Assembly: GCA_963727485.1 (NCBI GenBank)
Contig: CAVSGM010000009.1
Coordinates: 64,001-128,000, forward strand
DNA length: 64,000 bases
Source: an uncultured delta proteobacterium
GTDB taxonomy: Bacteria; Myxococcota; Myxococcia; SLRQ01
Reading direction: 5' to 3'
This document shows positions 49,548 to 60,138 of the stretch, piece by piece. The position numbers were made by a program, and so were the translations under genes. A model generated the notes under the pieces. The model did no database searches, had not been told where the DNA came from, and saw only the letters and a program-made list of their open reading frames with translations. Position 1 is the first letter of the stretch; the number at the start of each line of letters is the position of its first letter.

Positions 49548-50449
49548 CGGATCACCCCGATGGCCCCGCCGTGGTCGGGCAAAGGCGGCCCCGGACGCGT
49601 CGCCAGGTAGACCCCACCTCCGGCCGCGCCGACGACCACCGCCAGCCCGGTCCAGAACCACCACTGGGAGGCGATCCCGGGCTTGGCCTTGGGCTGGTAG
49701 ACCCCGGAGACGTGGACCACGAAGCTCTGGGGCTGCTGGGGCCGGCCGGCGGTGGCGAGCCACTGACCGTCGGCCCCGAGGGCGGCGATGTAGTACTGCA
49801 CCCGGAAGGTCTCCGCCTCCCGCCCGAAGACGTAGGGGATGATGCCGATGTACCGGGTGGGGTCGTTGGGGTCGGGGGTCATGGTGACCGAGGAGTAGTC
49901 CTGGGTCTCGCCCTGCTTGCGGTAGTAGATGTTCACCCGGTCGAGGCGGTGACCCCGGTCGACGACATAGGCGGTGAGCTCCATGGCCTGCCCGGCGTCG
50001 AACCCCGCCGGGCTGTCGTGCTTGATGATGACCTGGGTCGCCGCCCGGAGCGCCACCTTCACCTTGTTGAAGGCGGCGATGAACTTCGGGGGCGTCATCA
50101 GGGGGTTGAGCTTGTAGTCCGGCGCGTGCTTGAGGAGCAGCCGGAACGACGCGTCGGCAAAGCTGCGCTCGCCCTTGATGAGGTAGATGAACCCCATGTA
50201 CTTGTAGCACTCGATGAGCTCGTGCTTGTGCAGGCCGCGGTGCTTCAGGGCGGCCTTGAGCTTCCCGAGGGCCTTGTCGTACTGCAGGTCGTCGTAGAGG
50301 ATCTTCGCCTGGGCGAGGAGATCGGTGGCGACGCTCCCCAGGGTGGCCGGCTGGTCGGGACCTGAGGCCAACGCCCGGGCGCCTGGTGCGGACACCAGGG
50401 CCACGACGAGCACCAAGGCCAGGCGGCGTGCGGTCCGAGGGGACACCAA
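49544..50449 (-). CDS. Exported TPR + beta-sandwich protein with a C-terminal membrane anchor
   Basis: Signal peptide; TPR (YKYMGFIYLIKG..ADASFRLLL); PGIASQWWFWTGLAVVVGAAGGGVYL. Start TTG 50449 or GTG 50446. Confidence 0.78.
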   Translation of the reverse strand: MVSPRTARRLALVLVVALVSAPGARALASGPDQPATLGSVATDLLAQAKILYDDLQYDKALGKLKAALKHRGLHKHELIECYKYMGFIYLIKGERSFADASFRLLLKHAPDYKLNPLMTPPKFIAAFNKVKVALRAATQVIIKHDSPAGFDAGQAMELTAYVVDRGHRLDRVNIYYRKQGETQDYSSVTMTPDPNDPTRYIGIIPYVFGREAETFRVQYYIAALGADGQWLATAGRPQQPQSFVVHVSGVYQPKAKPGIASQWWFWTGLAVVVGAAGGGVYLATRPGPPLPDHGGAIGVIR

Positions 50450-50458
50450 GACTTGACG

Positions 50459-50550
50459 AGCCTAGCGGGCCCTCCGGCGCGGTGTCAACAAAAGCCGTGT
50501 CTCAGCGCAGGGTTGAAGGTTTGACACCCCAGCGGGAACCGCCCTAGCAT
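50459..50550. promoter_or_regulatory. Back-to-back sigma70-type promoters
   Basis: Minus strand: TTGACA (50488-50483)-18 nt-TAGGCT (50464-50459). Plus strand: TTGACA (50521-50526)-18 nt-TAGCAT (50545-50550). Confidence 0.7.
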
Positions 50551-50565
50551 CCCCGGGGGGAAACG

Positions 50566-52881
50566 GTGAGCGAGCGCCTCGGAAAGTACCGACTGCTCAA
50601 GCGCCTCGCCGCCGGCGGGATGGCCGAGATCTGGCTGGCCAAGCAGCACGGCGTCGAGGGTTTCGAGAAGCTCGTCGTCATCAAGCGCATCCTCCCGAAC
50701 CTCGCCGACAACGACGAGTTCGTGCAGATGTTCCTCGACGAGGCGCGCCTCGCCGCCCAGCTCTCCCACCCGAACATCGTCCAGATCTTCGAGCTCGGGC
50801 GGTCCGAGGGCAGCTACTTCATCGCCATGGAGTTCATCCACGGCGAGAACCTCCGGTCGGTGATGAAGGCCGCCGCCCGCGCCGGGCAGCCGATGCCCGT
50901 GAACTACGTGGCCAAGGTCGTCTCCATGGCCTGCGAGGCCCTCTACTACGCCCACACCAAGGCGGACTTCTCGGGGCGGCCGCTCGGCATCGTCCACCGG
51001 GACGTGAGCCCCCAGAACCTCCTGCTCTCCTTCGAGGGGCAGGTGAAGGTGGTGGACTTCGGGATCGCCAAGGCGGCGACCCAGGTCCAGGAGACGCGCA
51101 CCGGCGTCCTCAAGGGCAAGTACGCCTACATGTCGCCGGAGCAGTGCCGGGGCCAGAAGCTCGACGCCCGCTCCGACATCTTCGCCCTGGGCATCGTCCT
51201 CTGGGAGCTCGCCACCGGGACCCGGCTCTACAAGCACAAGAGCGAGCTGATGATCCTCAAGGCCATCACCGAGGAGCCGACGCCGGCGCCCACCGAGGTG
51301 CGCCGCGCCATCCCCGCGGAGCTCGAGGCCATCATCCTCAAGGCCCTGGCCAAGCGCCGGGAGGATCGCTTCCAGACCTGCCACGAGATGCACATGGCCC
51401 TCGAGGGCTTCCTCCACGGCCAGGGCCAGCCCCTCTCGCCGGTGCACCTGGCCCAGTACGTGTCGGGCCTCTTCCCGGACAAGCTCGCCGGGTGGCAGCG
51501 CATCGTCGCCGCCCAGGACGAGGGCGACGGCCTCGAGTCCGAGCTCTTCGACGACCTCGGAGACCTCTTCGACGGCGGGACCCCCTCGAGCCGGGTCTCC
51601 ACCCCGAGCCAGGTCTCCCGGCGCACCGGCGGCGCCGGCGCCCGGCCCCTGGTCGCCGTCACCGGCGACACCGGCACCCAGGCCACCGTCTCGGCGCGCC
51701 CCGGCACCGGGGCGGACCTCGCCGGCGCCCGCACCGGGGTCCGCCCCGCCGGCCCGGGCCACACCCGTTCCCGGTGGCCGGTGGCGGTGCTCTCCGTGCT
51801 CCTGGTCGCCGTCGGCGGAGGCTGGCTCTACCAGTCGGTCCTCGCCCCGAGGCTCAACCGGGCGCCCCCCGTCGACACCCGCACCGCCGACGCCGGGCCG
51901 CCAGGGAAGGCGGGCGGGGTGGCGAGCCTGCTCATCGACACCGAGCCACCCGACGCGCGGGTGGTGGTGGACGGCGTCGCCCGGGCGAGCACCACCCCGG
52001 CCCGGATCCCCGACCTCGCCGTGGGCGCGCACCACCGGATCCTGGTCGAGGCCGCCGGCTACCGCCCCTGGCAGACCGAGATCGTCCTCGACCACGCCGG
52101 GGACGAGCGGCACCTCTCGGCACACCTCGAGAAGGCGCGGCCGAACCTCCCGGCGCCCCACCTCTCGGTGAGCACCGAGCCCGAGGGGGCCACCGTCTTC
52201 GTCGACGGTATCAAGCTCCCCCAGCCGACGCCCCTCGATCTGGACGTCGACGTCGGCCACGCCGGGAGCCTGGTGCGCATCGAGAAGGACGGCTACCAGA
52301 CCGAGGCCCACACGGTGGATCTCGAGCCCGGGACCCGGCCGTCGATCCTGGTCTCCCTGAGGCCCACCAAGGCCGCCCCCGGCCGAGCACCCGCCGGCCC
52401 ACGGCGCGCACCACAATCGGCGCCGCCCCCCCACCACCGCCACCACCCGGCGGGCCCCAGCGCCGCGAGCGGGACCCTGGCGGTGAACGCCCGGCCCTGG
52501 TGCAACATCCGCATCGACGGGAAGCTGGTGGGCCAGACCCCGCTGGTCGGCTACAGCCTCCCCGCGGGCCACCACCAGCTGGTCTGCCACAACCCCGACT
52601 TCGGGGTCAGCAAGACCCGCAGCATCGACATCGAGCCCCACGCCAACGACCGCGAGACCATCGTCTTCGGCTTCGGGAAGCTGGTGGTCAACGTGAAGCC
52701 GTGGGTGCGGGTCACGGTGAACGGCAAGGTCCTCGGCACCACCCCGATGGCGCCGCCGTCCCTCCCCGAGGGGAGCTACCGGGTGGTCCTGGACAACAAG
52801 AACTTCTCGTTCCACAAGACGTACCAGGTGCGGATCGTGGCCGGGAAGGCGCACACCATCAGCGGCAATCTCCTCAAGTAG
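50566..52881 (+). CDS. Membrane Ser/Thr kinase with PEGA domains
   Basis: LAAGGMAEIW, VVIK, HRDVSPQNLL, DFG, GKYAYMSPE; TM helix; four PEGA-like repeats (TEPPDARVVVDG, TEPEGATVFVDG, ARPWCNIRIDG, VKPWVRVTVNG). Confidence 0.93.
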   Translation: MSERLGKYRLLKRLAAGGMAEIWLAKQHGVEGFEKLVVIKRILPNLADNDEFVQMFLDEARLAAQLSHPNIVQIFELGRSEGSYFIAMEFIHGENLRSVMKAAARAGQPMPVNYVAKVVSMACEALYYAHTKADFSGRPLGIVHRDVSPQNLLLSFEGQVKVVDFGIAKAATQVQETRTGVLKGKYAYMSPEQCRGQKLDARSDIFALGIVLWELATGTRLYKHKSELMILKAITEEPTPAPTEVRRAIPAELEAIILKALAKRREDRFQTCHEMHMALEGFLHGQGQPLSPVHLAQYVSGLFPDKLAGWQRIVAAQDEGDGLESELFDDLGDLFDGGTPSSRVSTPSQVSRRTGGAGARPLVAVTGDTGTQATVSARPGTGADLAGARTGVRPAGPGHTRSRWPVAVLSVLLVAVGGGWLYQSVLAPRLNRAPPVDTRTADAGPPGKAGGVASLLIDTEPPDARVVVDGVARASTTPARIPDLAVGAHHRILVEAAGYRPWQTEIVLDHAGDERHLSAHLEKARPNLPAPHLSVSTEPEGATVFVDGIKLPQPTPLDLDVDVGHAGSLVRIEKDGYQTEAHTVDLEPGTRPSILVSLRPTKAAPGRAPAGPRRAPQSAPPPHHRHHPAGPSAASGTLAVNARPWCNIRIDGKLVGQTPLVGYSLPAGHHQLVCHNPDFGVSKTRSIDIEPHANDRETIVFGFGKLVVNVKPWVRVTVNGKVLGTTPMAPPSLPEGSYRVVLDNKNFSFHKTYQVRIVAGKAHTISGNLLK

Positions 52882-52896
52882 ACGGGGGGGGTGCGC

Positions 52897-54692
52897 GTGA
52901 GCGACCGCTTCGGCAGATACCAGCTCCTGAAACGGCTCGCCGCCGGTGGCATGGCGGAGATCTGGCTGGCGCGCCAGTCGGGGGTCGAGGGGTTCGAGAA
53001 GCTCGTGGTCGTCAAGCGGATCCTGCCGCACCTCGCGGCGGATCCACACTTCGTGACCATGCTCCTCGACGAGGCGCGCCTCGCCGCCCGGTTCGCCCAC
53101 TCGAACGTCGTCCAAATCTTCGACCTCGGCCAGGCCGAGGGGACCTACTTCATCGCCATGGAGCTGGTCGCCGGAGAGAACCTCGCCACCTTCGTCCGGG
53201 CGGCCAGCCGCGCCCGCCGCCCGATGCCGGTGACCCTCGCGGCGCGCGTCGTCTCCTGGGCGGCCCAGGGGCTGCACTACGCCCACACGCGCACCGACGG
53301 CGAGGGGCGGCCCCTCGGCGTCATCCACCGGGACGTCAGCCCCCAGAACATCCTCGTCTCCTTCGAAGGACAGGTGAAGGTCGTCGACTTCGGCATCGCC
53401 AAGGCCCGCAGCCAGGTGGAGCAGACGGCGAGCGGCGTGCTCAAGGGCAAGCACGCCTACATGTCCCCCGAGCAGTGCCGCAACCAGCCCCTCGACGCCC
53501 GCAGCGACCTCTTCTCCCTGGGCATCGTCCTCTGGGAGCTCCTCACCGGTGCCCGGCTCTTCAAGCGGGAGAGCGCCCTGGCCACCCTCGCCGCCATCGC
53601 CCAGGAGCCCGTGCCCGCGGTGCGGTCGCGGCGGCCGGAGGTCCCCCTGGCCCTCGAGGGGATCGTGGACAGGGTCCTGCAGCGGGATCGGGAGGCGCGC
53701 TTCGCGACCGCCGACGAGCTCCACCGGGCCCTGGAAGGCTTCCTCCACACCTCCGGCGCCCCGGTGACCTCTGGGGACCTCGCCGCCTACGCCGGCGAGC
53801 TCCTCCCCGAAGCCCGCGTCCGATGGCGTCGGCTCCTCGAGGCCCGTGATCGCGGGGAGGACCTGGGGACCCACCTCCTGGCGGGTCTGGGCCACGCCGG
53901 TGAGTCGGCCCCACCGCCGCCGCTCCGGGCAGAGGGCGGAATCCCGGCGGCCGGGGACGGGGATGGGCAGCCGGGACCTGGAGCTGGCGGACCTCGGCGA
54001 GGCGGGACCGGCGCTCGAGCTCGATGCCCCGCCCGCGCCCGCGCCCGACGCCGACGCGAGCGCGGACGCCGGCGCCGAAGACCCGGCGCCGGGGGTCGCC
54101 ACCCCATCCCCGCGCCCTCGGCGTGTCGGCCGGTGGGTGCGCCTGGCGGGGGCAGCCGCGGTGGTTCTGGCGTCGAATCCTCACCGTCACCGGCTACGTC
54201 CTCGCCCACCGCCCTCGGGGCACCGGGGTGCTGGTCGTCCGGGCCCCCGCCTCGGCGGCACGGGTCCTGGTGGACGGGACCCGGCGAGCGAGCGCCACCC
54301 CGACCGAGATCCACGGCCTCACGGTGGGGGTCCGCCACCGGGTGACGCTGGTGGCGCCCGGGTGCCTCCCCTGGTCCACGGTGGTCACCCTCCACCACGC
54401 CCGGGATCGGGTCACCGTGGACGCCACCCTCGTGCCCCGCTCCCCGCATCCTCGCCCGGCGGAGGTGAAGCTGGTCTCCAAGCCCCCGGGGGCCTCCGTG
54501 AACGTCGACGGCCTCCGGCTCCCGGGCCAGACACCCATGACCGTGGAGCTGACCACCGGCCACACCGGCAGCCTCGTCCGCCTCTCCAAGAAGGGCTTCG
54601 CCGATGGGGTGTGGCGCGCGGATTTGTCCCCCGGCCGGCACGTGGTGGTCGGGGGGAAGCTTCGTCCGGCCCACTGGACCTGGCCGTGGTAA
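52897..54692 (+). CDS. Paralogous membrane Ser/Thr kinase with PEGA domains (about 597 aa; two apparent +1 insertions)
   Basis: Kinase core closely similar to the upstream gene. Removing one A at GAATC 53939-53943 and at 54175-54179 joins ORFs 52891.., 53846.. and 54024..54692 and restores a TM helix (AAAVVLASILTVTGYVL) plus two PEGA repeats. Confidence 0.83.
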
Positions 54693-54704
54693 GGATCGGG
54701 CCCC

Positions 54705-56693
54705 ATGAAGATCCCGCCCAAGACCACCCTGGCCCGCTGGATCCTCGGGGGCGGGCTGCTCCTGGCCGCGGTGCTCTGGCTCCCACGCCTCGACCCCCAG
54801 GCCCGGTCGGCCACCGAGATGGCCTTGATGGACCGGGGCGTGGCCCGGCTCGAAGTGGCGCTCCCCAAGCAGCGCCCGGGCTACGACCGCTACCACTCGG
54901 TCCTCATCTATCGGGGCGACGCGCCCCGGTACGTGGCGCGGATCCGTGAGCGCCTCGGCACCTCGGGGCGCCTGAAGGTCGGCGACACCGGGCAGCCCCT
55001 GGTGGTCGACCTCGACCTCGCCGCCTCGCCGCCCAGGCTCACCCTCGCCTACGCCCCGGAGAGCCGGATCCCGGTGACGGTCTCGGTGACCCACCGCTTC
55101 ATCCCGGCGTGGTCGGTGCTCCCGCCCCTGGTGGCCATCGTCCTGGCCTTCGTGACCTTGCGCCTGGTCTTCTCCCTGCTCACCGCGATCCTCCTCGGGG
55201 GGCTCTTGGCCGTGGGCCCGAACCCCATCGCCTTCGTGGGCCACAGCCTCAAGGTCTACCTGTGGCAGGCGACCTTCTCCGACCCCTTCAAGCTGTGGAT
55301 CCTCGCCTTCACCTGCGCCCTCATCGGCATGGTGCAGGTGTCGACCCGCGCCGGCGGGGTCCAGGGGATCGTCGACCGCATCGCGACCCTGGCCCGGAGC
55401 GCCCGGTCCACGCAGATCGCCACCGCCCTGATGGGCGTGGCCATCTTCTTCGACGACTACGCCAACACCATCCTGGTCGGCAGCACCATGCGTCCGCTCA
55501 CCGACGCCATGCGCGTGTCCCGGGAGAAGCTCTCCTACCTGGTCGACTCCACCAGCGCCCCGGTGGCCGGGGTCGCCATCATCTCCACCTGGATCGGCTA
55601 CGAGGTCGGGCTCTTCACCGACATCGCCCACAGCCTGGGGCTCCACCAGGACGGCTACCAGCTCTTCTTCTCCGCCCTGCCCTACCGGTTCTACTGCCTG
55701 TTCACCCTGGTCTTCCTCGGCATCCTCCTGGGGATGGGCCGGGACTACGGCCCCATGCTCCGGGCCGAGCGCCGGGCCCACCGCACAGGTGAGGTCATCC
55801 GCGCCGGCGCGGTGCCGCTGGCGAGCCGCACCTTCACCGTCCCCGGCCCCCGGGAAGGCGTCCGCCCCCTCGCCCGGGTGGCGGTGGTGCCCATCGCGGT
55901 GGTGCTGGTGGGGACGGTGGTGGGCCTGCTCTGGGACGGCGGCGCCTTCGCCACCCTGGCGGCCCACCCGACGGCCCTGTTCACCGTGGCCCTCTGGCGC
56001 GGCGCCTTCGGGAGCGCCTCCGACTCCACCATGGTGCTCTTCCTGGCGTCGGCCGCCGGGTCGGTGGCGGTCTTCGCCCTGGCCCTGGGGCACCGGCTCC
56101 TCTCGCCGAAGGACGCCGCGGTCGCCTACGGCCGCGGGGTGGCGTCGATGTACCTCGCCATCGTCATCCTGCTTCTGGCCTGGGGCATCAAGGCCACCTG
56201 CGACGACCTCGGGACCAGCTACTTCCTGGTGGCGGGCCTGGAGCACGTGGTGAACCCGGCGCTCTTGCCGATGATCATCTTCCTCCTCGCGGCCCTGGTG
56301 AGCTTCGCCACCGGGACCAGCTGGGGGACCATGGGCATCCTCATCCCCACCGCGGTGCCGCTGGCCTACCACCTGGGCGGGCTGCCGGAGATGTACATCT
56401 CCATGGCCGCGGTCCTCGACGGCGCCATCTTCGGCGACCACTGCTCGCCCATCTCCGACACCACGGTGATGTCGTCCATCGCCTCGGGGTCCGACCACCT
56501 GGACCACGTGCGCACCCAGATCCCCTACGCCCTGACCGCCATGGGCTTCGCCGCGGTCTTCGGCTACCTCTGGGACGCCACCGGGCTGCCCTACTGGGCC
56601 GGGTGGCTGATCGGCATCGCGGGGATGGCGGTGTTCATCCGCGTCGTCGGGCGCAAGGCCCGGGACGAGGCGGCCGCCCCCAGCGCGACCTAG
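54705..56693 (+). CDS. Na+/H+ antiporter NhaC family transporter with an N-terminal extension
   Basis: SVLPPLVAIVLA, IFFDDYAN, SREKLSYLVDSTSAP, FATGTSWGTMGI, GAIFGDHCSPISDTT, DHVRTQIPYA. Confidence 0.9.
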   Translation: MKIPPKTTLARWILGGGLLLAAVLWLPRLDPQARSATEMALMDRGVARLEVALPKQRPGYDRYHSVLIYRGDAPRYVARIRERLGTSGRLKVGDTGQPLVVDLDLAASPPRLTLAYAPESRIPVTVSVTHRFIPAWSVLPPLVAIVLAFVTLRLVFSLLTAILLGGLLAVGPNPIAFVGHSLKVYLWQATFSDPFKLWILAFTCALIGMVQVSTRAGGVQGIVDRIATLARSARSTQIATALMGVAIFFDDYANTILVGSTMRPLTDAMRVSREKLSYLVDSTSAPVAGVAIISTWIGYEVGLFTDIAHSLGLHQDGYQLFFSALPYRFYCLFTLVFLGILLGMGRDYGPMLRAERRAHRTGEVIRAGAVPLASRTFTVPGPREGVRPLARVAVVPIAVVLVGTVVGLLWDGGAFATLAAHPTALFTVALWRGAFGSASDSTMVLFLASAAGSVAVFALALGHRLLSPKDAAVAYGRGVASMYLAIVILLLAWGIKATCDDLGTSYFLVAGLEHVVNPALLPMIIFLLAALVSFATGTSWGTMGILIPTAVPLAYHLGGLPEMYISMAAVLDGAIFGDHCSPISDTTVMSSIASGSDHLDHVRTQIPYALTAMGFAAVFGYLWDATGLPYWAGWLIGIAGMAVFIRVVGRKARDEAAAPSAT

Positions 56694-57208
56694 ATGAGGC
56701 CCTTGAGGCGCTTGACCTGCTCGACCTGGCGCCGGTACTCGATCTCCCAGTCCGCGGTGCCCTCTTCGAGGTGCCGCAGCCGCGCCCGGACCTCGCGGTC
56801 GATGTCGTCCTCGACCTCGAGGTAGCGCTTGAAGACCCCGTGGAGCTTCTTGCGCATGGTGTGGTCCTCGGCGAACACCTCCTCGACGTTGCGCGAGATG
56901 AGGAGGAACTCGAGGATCTGGTTGATCATGTAGTCGACGCCCTCATCGCCGAGCTTGTGCCCGCGGACGTCGGCCATCTCCCGCTTGGTGCGGTTGAACT
57001 GCGAGTAGTCGTAGCCGCGCCGCTCCAGGGCCTCCTTGGTGGCCTGGTTCACCGCCTCCTCGTCGGAGAGGTACTGGCGCATGATGGCCGCGACGTCCTG
57101 CTCGGCGTCGGCGACCCGCATCGTCTCGACCTCGATGTCGCCGTCCTGCATGAGACGGGCGATCATGTCGCGGGCGATGGCGGGAATCACTTTGGGATAG
57201 AGGCGCAT
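56690..57208 (-). CDS. DUF507 family protein
   Basis: MRLYPKVIPAIARDMI... two-repeat pattern ending EDDIDREVRARL..EIEYRRQVEQVKRLKGLI. Confidence 0.78.
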   Translation of the reverse strand: MRLYPKVIPAIARDMIARLMQDGDIEVETMRVADAEQDVAAIMRQYLSDEEAVNQATKEALERRGYDYSQFNRTKREMADVRGHKLGDEGVDYMINQILEFLLISRNVEEVFAEDHTMRKKLHGVFKRYLEVEDDIDREVRARLRHLEEGTADWEIEYRRQVEQVKRLKGLI

Positions 57209-57258
57209 GGGGTACCGGATATACGTCACCCCTCGGAGGTGCGGCAAGGGAAAAGCCC

Positions 57259-59139
57259 CTACCGTTTCGCCGCCCCGGTCCCGGGCTCCGGAGCCGCCCG
57301 GGGGGGCCCGTGGAGGCCCTCGTGGACCCGCTGGGCGAGGACCTCGGAGAAGCCCGGCACCGCGGCAATCTCCTCGAGCGAGGCGGCCCGGAGGCGCTTG
57401 AGGGACCCGAAGTGACGCAGGAGGATCTTGCGCCGCCCGGGCCCCACCCCGGCGATCCGGTCCAGGACCGAGCCCAGGGCCTGCTTCCCCCGGAGCTGCT
57501 TGTGGAAGGTGATGGCGAAACGGTGGGCCTCGTCCCGGAGACGGGTGAGGACGAAGAGCTCGGCGGAGTTCTGCCGGAGCACCACCGGGTCCTTGCGGTT
57601 CGGGAGGAAGACCCGCTCGGGACTCCGGACCACCTCGGCGCCGTCGTCGCCCTGCACCCGGCTCTTGGCGAGGCCCACCACGTCGAGGTCGTCGATGCCC
57701 ACGTCCGAGAGGACCGCCGAGGCGACCGAGAGCTGCCCCTTGCCCCCGTCGATGACCAGAAGGTCCGGGAGATCGCCCTCCTCGAGGCCCCGGAGGAGGC
57801 GCCGGGTCAGGACCTCGCGCATCATGGCGAAGTCGTCCTGGCCCTTCACGCCCTTGATCTTGTACCGGCGGTAGCGGGCCTTGTCGGCCTCGCCGTCGAG
57901 CATGGCCACCCGGCTGGCCACGGGGTTGGTGCCCTGGACCTGGCTGATGTCGTAGCCCTCGATGCGCCGGGGGAGCCGGCGCAGGTGCAGGGCCTGCTTC
58001 AGGCGCCCGAGGACCTCCTCCAGGTCCCGGTCCTTGTGGCGGCTCACCTCGAAGCTGGCCTGGGCGTTGGCCTCGGCGAGCTCCAGGAGCCGCCGCTTCT
58101 CCCCGCGCCTCGGCACCAGGAGGCGCACCCGCTTCCCCCGGCGCTCGGCCAGCCAGTCGGCCAGCGCCTCCGGGGCCTCGACCTCCACCGGGAGCAGGAC
58201 CTCGGCGGGGACGAAGGCCCCGGCCTCGTAGAACTGCTCCACGAACGACCGCACCAGCTCGGCGGTGGGAAACTCCTGGCCCGAGAAGCTGAAGGCGCGC
58301 CCCCCGGAGAGGCGCCCGCCCCGGACGAAGAGGAGCTGGAGCTCGAAGAGCGGCCCCTCCCGGTGGACGCCCACCACGTCCTGGTCCACCCGCTCCTCCA
58401 CCTGCACCACCCGCTGGCGCTCCAGGGTGCGCTCCACGGCGAAGAGCTGGTCGCGGATCCGCGCCGCCTCCTCGAAGCGCGTCGCCGCGCTCATCTCGGC
58501 CATCCGGGCCTTGAGCTTGGCGGCGAGATCGTCCTGGCGCCCCTCGAGGAAGAGGATGGCGTCCTGGACGTGCTCGCCGTAGTCGGGGACCTCGTAGACG
58601 CAGGGGGCCGGGCACCGGCCGATCTGGTACTGGAGGCAGGGGCGCTTGCGGCTCACGATCTCGGTGTCGGAGCAGGTGCGCAGGCCGAAGTGGCGGTTCA
58701 CCACCCGCAGGGTCTCCCGGACCGCCGCGGCGCTGGCGTAGGGCCCGAAGTAGCGCGCCCCGTCCGACTCCGGCCGCCGCCACACCTGGAGCCGCGGGTG
58801 GGGGTGGGCGAGGTCGAGGCGCAGGGTGATGTACGCCTTGTCGTCCCGGAGGAGGACGTTGAAGCGCGGCTTGTGCTTCTTGATGAGCTCGTTCTCGAGG
58901 AGCAGCGCCTCCTTCTCGGAGGTGACCAGCAGGACCTCGAGGTCCCCGAGGAGCTCCGGGAGGAACGGGATGAAGGCCCGCTCGTCGCCCCCGGCGGCGA
59001 AGTAGCTGCGCACCCGGCTGCGCAGGTTCACCGCCTTGCCCACGTAGACCACCGTCCCCCGGCGATCTCGCATCAGGTAGACCCCGGGCGCGGCAGGGAG
59101 CCGCTTGAGCTTTTCGGCGACGCGTTCGGACAGGGGCAT
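57259..59139 (-). CDS. uvrC: Excinuclease ABC subunit C
   Basis: GIY-YIG ([22 protein letters not shown]), [16 protein letters not shown] domain, [24 protein letters not shown], HhH. Confidence 0.97.
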   Translation of the reverse strand: MPLSERVAEKLKRLPAAPGVYLMRDRRGTVVYVGKAVNLRSRVRSYFAAGGDERAFIPFLPELLGDLEVLLVTSEKEALLLENELIKKHKPRFNVLLRDDKAYITLRLDLAHPHPRLQVWRRPESDGARYFGPYASAAAVRETLRVVNRHFGLRTCSDTEIVSRKRPCLQYQIGRCPAPCVYEVPDYGEHVQDAILFLEGRQDDLAAKLKARMAEMSAATRFEEAARIRDQLFAVERTLERQRVVQVEERVDQDVVGVHREGPLFELQLLFVRGGRLSGGRAFSFSGQEFPTAELVRSFVEQFYEAGAFVPAEVLLPVEVEAPEALADWLAERRGKRVRLLVPRRGEKRRLLELAEANAQASFEVSRHKDRDLEEVLGRLKQALHLRRLPRRIEGYDISQVQGTNPVASRVAMLDGEADKARYRRYKIKGVKGQDDFAMMREVLTRRLLRGLEEGDLPDLLVIDGGKGQLSVASAVLSDVGIDDLDVVGLAKSRVQGDDGAEVVRSPERVFLPNRKDPVVLRQNSAELFVLTRLRDEAHRFAITFHKQLRGKQALGSVLDRIAGVGPGRRKILLRHFGSLKRLRAASLEEIAAVPGFSEVLAQRVHEGLHGPPRAAPEPGTGAAKR

Positions 59140-59192
59140 GGGATCCGGTTATTACCGGAACCTCGGGGCCGTGGGGATCCCTTCCCGGGCCG

Positions 59193-60011
59193 CTAGTCCC
59201 GAGGGCCCAGGAGGCTGTCGAGGCGGCCCACGCGCTCACCGAGCATCTTCGCCATCACCGCCTGGACGTCGCGGCCGGTGCGCTGGGAGAGCAGGGTGAT
59301 GTCCAGGGCGATCTGGCTGGTCGCCACCTCGGCCGTCGGCGCCGTCTCGCTCACCACCCCCAGGTCGCGGTCGTCGTCGTCCTCGGCCGAGGCGATGAGG
59401 GTGCGCCGGTCGTCGGCCACGATCACCAGCCGGTGCTTCCAGAAGGCCTCGAGCTCGCCCTCGTCCAGCCCGTACGAGAAGACCTCGCCCGGCAGCTCCG
59501 GGAGCGCGGCGTGGGAGAAGATCACCAGGAGCACCTTGCGACGCGCCACCCGGCGCAGGGCGGGCGCCAGCAGCGCGAGCTCCCGGGGCCAGCCGCTGAT
59601 GACCAGGCGCGACCCGGCCCCCCGGATAAGCCGCTCCGCCTCCTCGATCACCCGCGCGTAGCCCCGCACGGTGAAGGCGTCGGGGGCGGCCGGCGAGGCG
59701 TCCAGCCTGGCGATGGCCTCCTCGAGCGCCCCGACCGAGTGCTCGAAGCGCTGGCGGAGGCGGACGACCACCTCCTCGGGCGGGGTGGGCGCGAAGCGCT
59801 CGGGCTTGCCGGCGATGGCCCGCGCCGCCCCCTCGGCCACCAGCTGGCGGAGCACCCGGTACACCGCCGAGCGGGGGATCCGGGCCCGGATGCTCACCTC
59901 GTAGCCGGTGGCGGGGCTGCCCAGGAGCAGCGCGCGGTAGGCGCGCGACGCGTTCAGGCTGAAGCCGAGCCGCACCAGCGCCTCGACGACCTCGGGCTCG
60001 GGCTCGCTCAT
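59193..60011 (-). CDS. TrmB family transcriptional regulator
   Basis: LVRLGFSLNASRAYRALL..PATGYEVS..IPRSAVYRVLRQL wHTH plus a C-terminal effector domain. Confidence 0.87.
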   Translation of the reverse strand: MSEPEPEVVEALVRLGFSLNASRAYRALLLGSPATGYEVSIRARIPRSAVYRVLRQLVAEGAARAIAGKPERFAPTPPEEVVVRLRQRFEHSVGALEEAIARLDASPAAPDAFTVRGYARVIEEAERLIRGAGSRLVISGWPRELALLAPALRRVARRKVLLVIFSHAALPELPGEVFSYGLDEGELEAFWKHRLVIVADDRRTLIASAEDDDDRDLGVVSETAPTAEVATSQIALDITLLSQRTGRDVQAVMAKMLGERVGRLDSLLGPRD

Positions 60012-60080
60012 GGTCCCTGTCTCCCACGAAAGCCGGCGCCGGTGGAGGGATCCGGGCTCCGGCGCCCCTGACCCAGGTCA

Positions 60081-60124
60081 TTGACGGATCCCGGGTGCGA
60101 TAGTAACTCACCTCGGAGTTACTA
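60081..60124 (+). promoter_or_regulatory. Promoter with a palindromic operator, probably for the TrmB-family regulator
   Basis: TTGACG at 60081-60086; perfect inverted repeat TAGTAACTC-N6-GAGTTACTA at 60101-60124 covering the -10/+1 region. Confidence 0.7.
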
Positions 60125-60138
60125 ACGGAGGTCTCCCC

